Of a stretch of DNA of 41,330 nucleotides, positions 37,246-41,330 are shown in pieces. Below the pieces are notes generated by a model. It saw nothing but the letters and a program-made list of their open reading frames with translations, was not told the origin of the DNA and did no database searches. The position numbers and the translations under genes are program-made. Every line of letters begins with the position of its first letter. Positions within the stretch are counted from its first letter, which is position 1. The stretch lies in sequence record DRR378314_2665. One strand, 5' to 3'.

Positions 37246-39624
37246 ATGAAGCTATGGCGGTTAATATCACTCGGCAGCTCCATGCTTCTCACACTTCTGC
37301 TCATTGCATTTGCTATAGCATTGTTCGGCTACTTCTATTTAAACCAGCAACTGAAATTGGCTGGTGTTACTGACTGGGAAGTGGAATTTGAGAAACTGAC
37401 TACCAGCCACATTGTTATTAAGCAGCTGGAAATAACAATTGATTCCTTACCCGAATCGTCAGGAGCAAGTTCCACCGCAGCGGTAAACCTCACGCAGATA
37501 TTCTCCATGGAAATGCCGGCTTTATTACCAGAACGTATCGATATTAAGTCGCTACAACTGAAAGGCAAGTTACTGCCTGAAAGCGTCTCTGCAAGTCTTT
37601 CACTGATAAACAAGCAGCAATTGCGGTTAGAGCTCAATAGCCAGGAGCCACTTGTCGCCGATGTGAGAGTTATTCGACACGATAACCAGGTAAAACTAAA
37701 AGCTCGCTACGACAACGCCCTGTTACAAGCTAATTATGACTATAACTCAGGGAAGCTTATAGCCGGTGGTAGTTATCTTTTAGCGGCACAGCAATTTGCA
37801 GACAAGGTAACGACCGAGCCAGTGTCGGTTGATGCAAAGTGGAACGGTAATCTTTCACCTTATATTGAGTCAGCGACAGTGGAGAGTCTTATAGCTGAAT
37901 TGTCCGGCGAGCTTGTTGTGTCAATTACGCAACCCACTTTAATCGAAATTACCAGCAGTACCACAACAGCAACAGGTGAGCTTCAGCTAAATTTGAATAA
38001 GGGTATTATGGACTCTTATCAGCTCGAGCTGAAAGGTGATACTGAAAACTTAGCGTCATTAATCGAGTCCGATCTACCACTACAATTGTCGTCGTTGTCC
38101 TGGGAGCTGAACAGCCGCGACAGTTTGGGTGTTTCATTGCTCAGTGCTCAACAGGCTGTTAATAAAGCCCGTTGGCCTCTAAAGCTAAATGCTGTAGCTA
38201 AAGGTGAAAAAAACGAGACGATTCGCCTCGCGTCTGAGTTATCGATACAACAAAAACAATGGCAATTTAACTCGCTTGAACTCGATTATGTGCAGCTGAA
38301 TGCGGACAGCATTAAGCTTCCTGTTGCCGGGCAATCAATGACGATAAGCAAACTCATATCGAAGTTTTCCGGAACAGTCTCGACCACAGCTGCCGAACTC
38401 CATAGTACTGAGCCAACCCGCATTGAGCTTAAAGCTTTAGACAACGACGCCTTAGCCGTACTCAACTTCAATCAAATTTATTATCCGTACTCCGAACCTC
38501 ATAATGCGCTTGCAGAGTTTGACCTTAACATTCACAGCAACGCAGTTAATTTCGACCCCATACGGAACTTCAAAGCCGTTTTTGACAGTAAGTTTCAATA
38601 TCAACAGCAGCAACTGACCGGTGACGGAGAGCTCGTACTCGGTGATCATATAAAAGTGGCACACCATAGCCAGGTTACTTCTGATCAGTTAAAAAGCAAA
38701 ATTGAAGTTGCCGATTTTAACTGGCAGCAAATTCCGCAACTGAACACCCTACTGACAAATACGCTGCCTCAGTTTGTTGTCAGTAAAGCGGCTATTAGCG
38801 GCCAGACAGATGTAACTTACTCCATAAATAATAACCGCTGGCGCCTCGACAACGGGCAATTAGAGATTCAAAAAGGTGACTGGGTTTTTGATACCTTATC
38901 CGTGGTTAATAGCAATATTGATTTTGGTTTCACCGCCAATAACGAACAACTTAATATGAATAATGCAAAGCTCCACATTGGCAGCGTGCAACAAGGCTTT
39001 GCGCTGGGGCCAATCACCGCTGAATTTAGAGCCCAACTGCCCTTTCAACAACCTATGCAATCCACTCTCGACTTAACCAGTCACACCATTAAAGCTCTTG
39101 GTGGCAGCATAAGCATTCCCAACCAGCGTTACTCTTTAACCGACAGCTTTGCACTACCCATTGTGTTCGAAAAAATTTCGCTGGGTGAACTCATGCGTCA
39201 ATATCCAAGCAACAAAATTTCCATAGATGGTGAGGTTTCAGGAACCATCCCTGTTTACTGGGACTCTAACGATTTAACAGTAGAAAGAGGTTATCTGGAT
39301 GCGCTGGCGCCCGGTGGTCACCTGCAGGTAGATTCGTCCGCCCTGGTTCAACTTGCCGGCAGTAACCCCAGCTTACAAACTTTGGCAGGCGTATTGGGTA
39401 ACTTCTATTATAATCAACTGTCTACGACCGTTGATTATAATGACAATGGTAAATTGACCTTAGCAGTACAACTAAAAGGCTCGAACCCTGAGCTTGAAAA
39501 TGGACGTCCGGTTGAGCTTAACGTAAGCTTGGAAGAAGACTTACCCGCATTGATAAAAGGACTGCAAATAAGCAACAGTCTGAACGATGTTATCCGTAAA
39601 CGAGTACAGCAAAAAATCAATTAA
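37246..39624 (+). CDS. ydbH: YdbH-family (AsmA-like) intermembrane bridge protein
   Basis: N-terminal TM anchor, long beta-rich body, C-terminal GEVSGTIP, APGG.L, L.NF.Y..L, G.NP....GRPVELN..LEE.LP.L. Followed by ynbE and ydbL. Confidence 0.85.
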   Translation: MKLWRLISLGSSMLLTLLLIAFAIALFGYFYLNQQLKLAGVTDWEVEFEKLTTSHIVIKQLEITIDSLPESSGASSTAAVNLTQIFSMEMPALLPERIDIKSLQLKGKLLPESVSASLSLINKQQLRLELNSQEPLVADVRVIRHDNQVKLKARYDNALLQANYDYNSGKLIAGGSYLLAAQQFADKVTTEPVSVDAKWNGNLSPYIESATVESLIAELSGELVVSITQPTLIEITSSTTTATGELQLNLNKGIMDSYQLELKGDTENLASLIESDLPLQLSSLSWELNSRDSLGVSLLSAQQAVNKARWPLKLNAVAKGEKNETIRLASELSIQQKQWQFNSLELDYVQLNADSIKLPVAGQSMTISKLISKFSGTVSTTAAELHSTEPTRIELKALDNDALAVLNFNQIYYPYSEPHNALAEFDLNIHSNAVNFDPIRNFKAVFDSKFQYQQQQLTGDGELVLGDHIKVAHHSQVTSDQLKSKIEVADFNWQQIPQLNTLLTNTLPQFVVSKAAISGQTDVTYSINNNRWRLDNGQLEIQKGDWVFDTLSVVNSNIDFGFTANNEQLNMNNAKLHIGSVQQGFALGPITAEFRAQLPFQQPMQSTLDLTSHTIKALGGSISIPNQRYSLTDSFALPIVFEKISLGELMRQYPSNKISIDGEVSGTIPVYWDSNDLTVERGYLDALAPGGHLQVDSSALVQLAGSNPSLQTLAGVLGNFYYNQLSTTVDYNDNGKLTLAVQLKGSNPELENGRPVELNVSLEEDLPALIKGLQISNSLNDVIRKRVQQKIN

Positions 39625-39636
39625 TCAGGGGATGGT

Positions 39637-39822
39637 ATGAAACGATTATTGCTACTAATAAGCGTGCCTTTATTCGTTCTGGGGTGTACCCCAACGGTAC
39701 AGGTCGCAGCACCTAAAGAGCCTATTACTATTAACTTGAACGTTAAAATAAAGCATGAAATTTACGTTAAAGTTGATAAAGCGCTCGACGACGTAATTTC
39801 TGAATCCAGTGGCCTGTTTTAA
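39637..39822 (+). CDS. ynbE: YnbE-family lipoprotein
   Basis: Lipobox VLGC, then TPTVQVAAPKEPITINLNVKIKHEIYVKVDK...GLF. Confidence 0.93.
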   Translation: MKRLLLLISVPLFVLGCTPTVQVAAPKEPITINLNVKIKHEIYVKVDKALDDVISESSGLF

Positions 39823-39837
39823 CGACAAAGGAATGCA

Positions 39838-40194
39838 ATGATGAAATATTTACTAACCGCAATTTTAGTTGCTTTTATTGGCTTATCAAGCCCGCTGGCA
39901 CAAGCTCAGCAGCTAAACTTAGAACAGTCAATGGCACAGCTAAGTGACGCCAAAGAGCAGGGGCTGGTAGGTGAAAAGCCCGACGGTTACCTGGGAGTAG
40001 TAAAGTCCACCGAAACCGCCGAGCAAATTGTTAAGCACATTAACGAAGCTCGTCGTCAGGAGTACACGCGCATAGCCAACAACAATGACATTGCTGTTGC
40101 CGATGTCGAGCTGTTAGCCGGCAAACGCGCCATTGAACGCAGCAAATCAGGTCACTATGTAAAAATTGACGGAGAATGGAAGCAGAAGCCTTAA
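39838..40194 (+). CDS. ydbL: YdbL/DUF1318-family protein
   Basis: Signal peptide; AK.QGLVGEKPDGYLG, IN.ARR.EY..IA, LAG.RAI, G.W. Confidence 0.9.
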   Translation: MMKYLLTAILVAFIGLSSPLAQAQQLNLEQSMAQLSDAKEQGLVGEKPDGYLGVVKSTETAEQIVKHINEARRQEYTRIANNNDIAVADVELLAGKRAIERSKSGHYVKIDGEWKQKP

Positions 40195-40268
40195 CTGGCT
40201 TCTGCAAAGGATTGCGGTGCATGAGCAAGAAGCTATTTTCAGTCATATCTTTTAGAAGGAACTAATTA

Positions 40269-41066
40269 ATGAAAACCTCCTTAGTGTTTTTGGCTTTGGC
40301 ACCTTTTTCTTTTGCGTTTTCAACATCAGCCGTTGCTCAAATCACTTGTGACAATGTTTCTCATTTCCATAAAGCAAAAGCCGACTTCGACAACGCCTCG
40401 TCCTCCGGAGAGTTATTGGATGCGTTCATGCAGCTCGATCGCTATCGGCCTAATTTAGACAGCAGTGAATATGAGCAACTTGATCAGCATCAGAAAAAGT
40501 GTCATGACGATATCCAAGAGTCCTACAGTAAATTGCTTAGCGCATTTAAGGAGCGTTCAGCGGCTTTAGAAGAGGAAGAATCAGAAAAGACGGTTAAAGA
40601 GACTCAGCAAGAAAAAGAAATACGGAGTGAACAAGAACAACAACTGGCAGAATCAATCAGTCAGAGCCCAGCAGTTCAACAAGCTACCAAGTTTCTAGAA
40701 TCTGGTTCAGGCAGCCCTATGCCTATAAACCAAGACGTTATTCTGGATTATCTTCAAATTAGCCAAAACAAGTCATCAAGTTTTTCTCGTGCTCAGCTTG
40801 AAGATGCGACTTTTATAACGGAACAAAAAGAGGTAGTTAATACATACTTGGTAAAACCGCTGGAGGAAATGGGTTATAACTTCGATGACACAATAAAATA
40901 TGCAGCGTTAAAGTTACTAACGAAAGATTATAATACCCAGGAATTTATTCCGCTGTCGAGTCTCTCAATCCACCCCATGCAGATTAGAGAAGCGTTACTC
41001 TCTTTTGGATTCATTTCCGAAAACACCTACGATTTGCTTAACCTGCTTTATGAATCTCAGAACTAA
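40269..41066 (+). CDS. Hypothetical secreted protein
   Basis: AAGGA RBS, Sec signal ending AVA, one Cys pair, E/Q-rich coiled segment; no family recognised. Confidence 0.7.
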   Translation: MKTSLVFLALAPFSFAFSTSAVAQITCDNVSHFHKAKADFDNASSSGELLDAFMQLDRYRPNLDSSEYEQLDQHQKKCHDDIQESYSKLLSAFKERSAALEEEESEKTVKETQQEKEIRSEQEQQLAESISQSPAVQQATKFLESGSGSPMPINQDVILDYLQISQNKSSSFSRAQLEDATFITEQKEVVNTYLVKPLEEMGYNFDDTIKYAALKLLTKDYNTQEFIPLSSLSIHPMQIREALLSFGFISENTYDLLNLLYESQN

Positions 41067-41260
41067 CTTTTAGTTATTTATTAGTACGCGAGTGATGAAC
41101 GGGGCGGATCCTGATCACCAAACTGGAATAGCACTAGAAGTAGCACCAAATGGTCGCATTTTCCAATAGGTTTTAATAAACAAGGGGAATCAAGGAATCG
41201 CCTGAGAGGCTTTATTTATAAGACTTTATAAACTTTCAGATACTGCTGTAAATTCGGAAT

Positions 41261-41330
41261 TGGTGCCCGGGGCCGGACTTGAACCGGCACGAAGTTACCT
41301 TCGAGGGATTTTAAATCCCTTGTGTCTACC
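41261..41330 (-). tRNA. tRNA-Leu(UAA), 5' end truncated by window edge
   Basis: Minus strand: GGTAGACAC-A-AGGGA-TTTAAAA-TCCCT (anticodon TAA), long variable arm CGAAG-GTAA-CTTCG, GCCGGTTCAAGTCCGGC, CCCGGGCACCA. Confidence 0.95.

Noticed and set aside
1..41330. Whole window as a tRNA-bounded genomic island
   Set aside because: The two tRNAs are different and convergent, there is no direct repeat or integrase, and the content is core housekeeping genes.

Overview
A 41.3-kb core-chromosome segment of a marine gammaproteobacterium. Gene content and order suggest Alteromonadales, possibly Idiomarina-like; this is inference, not a search result. It is bounded by two truncated tRNAs: the 3' end of initiator tRNA-Met on the left and tRNA-Leu(UAA) on the right. 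The left half is a long minus-strand run dominated by peptide and amino-acid utilisation and protein maintenance: zapC, pyrD, large NAD-GDH, pepN, NhaC-, NSS- and AGCS-family Na+ transporters, prc, proQ, msrC, yeaC, an M14 carboxypeptidase and a long GAPDH. The right half holds msrB, pyk, a PilZ-LytS-LytTR-lipoprotein operon, M61 and M23 peptidases, a tandem QueD-like protein, LysE/LysR, pagL, a PepSY-cytochrome b-GNAT-alkB cluster, a 436-aa hypothetical, ydbH-ynbE-ydbL and a secreted hypothetical beside tRNA-Leu. I found no CRISPR array, transposase, integrase or long repeat. Best leads: (1) a very acidic 96-aa ORF translationally coupled to proQ in a putative sigma32 operon; (2) an AcrR-like operator upstream of pagL; (3) a Fur-box-like palindrome upstream of the TPR-end hypothetical; (4) an att-like scar at tRNA-Leu. 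All family assignments come from motif recognition, not from database searches.
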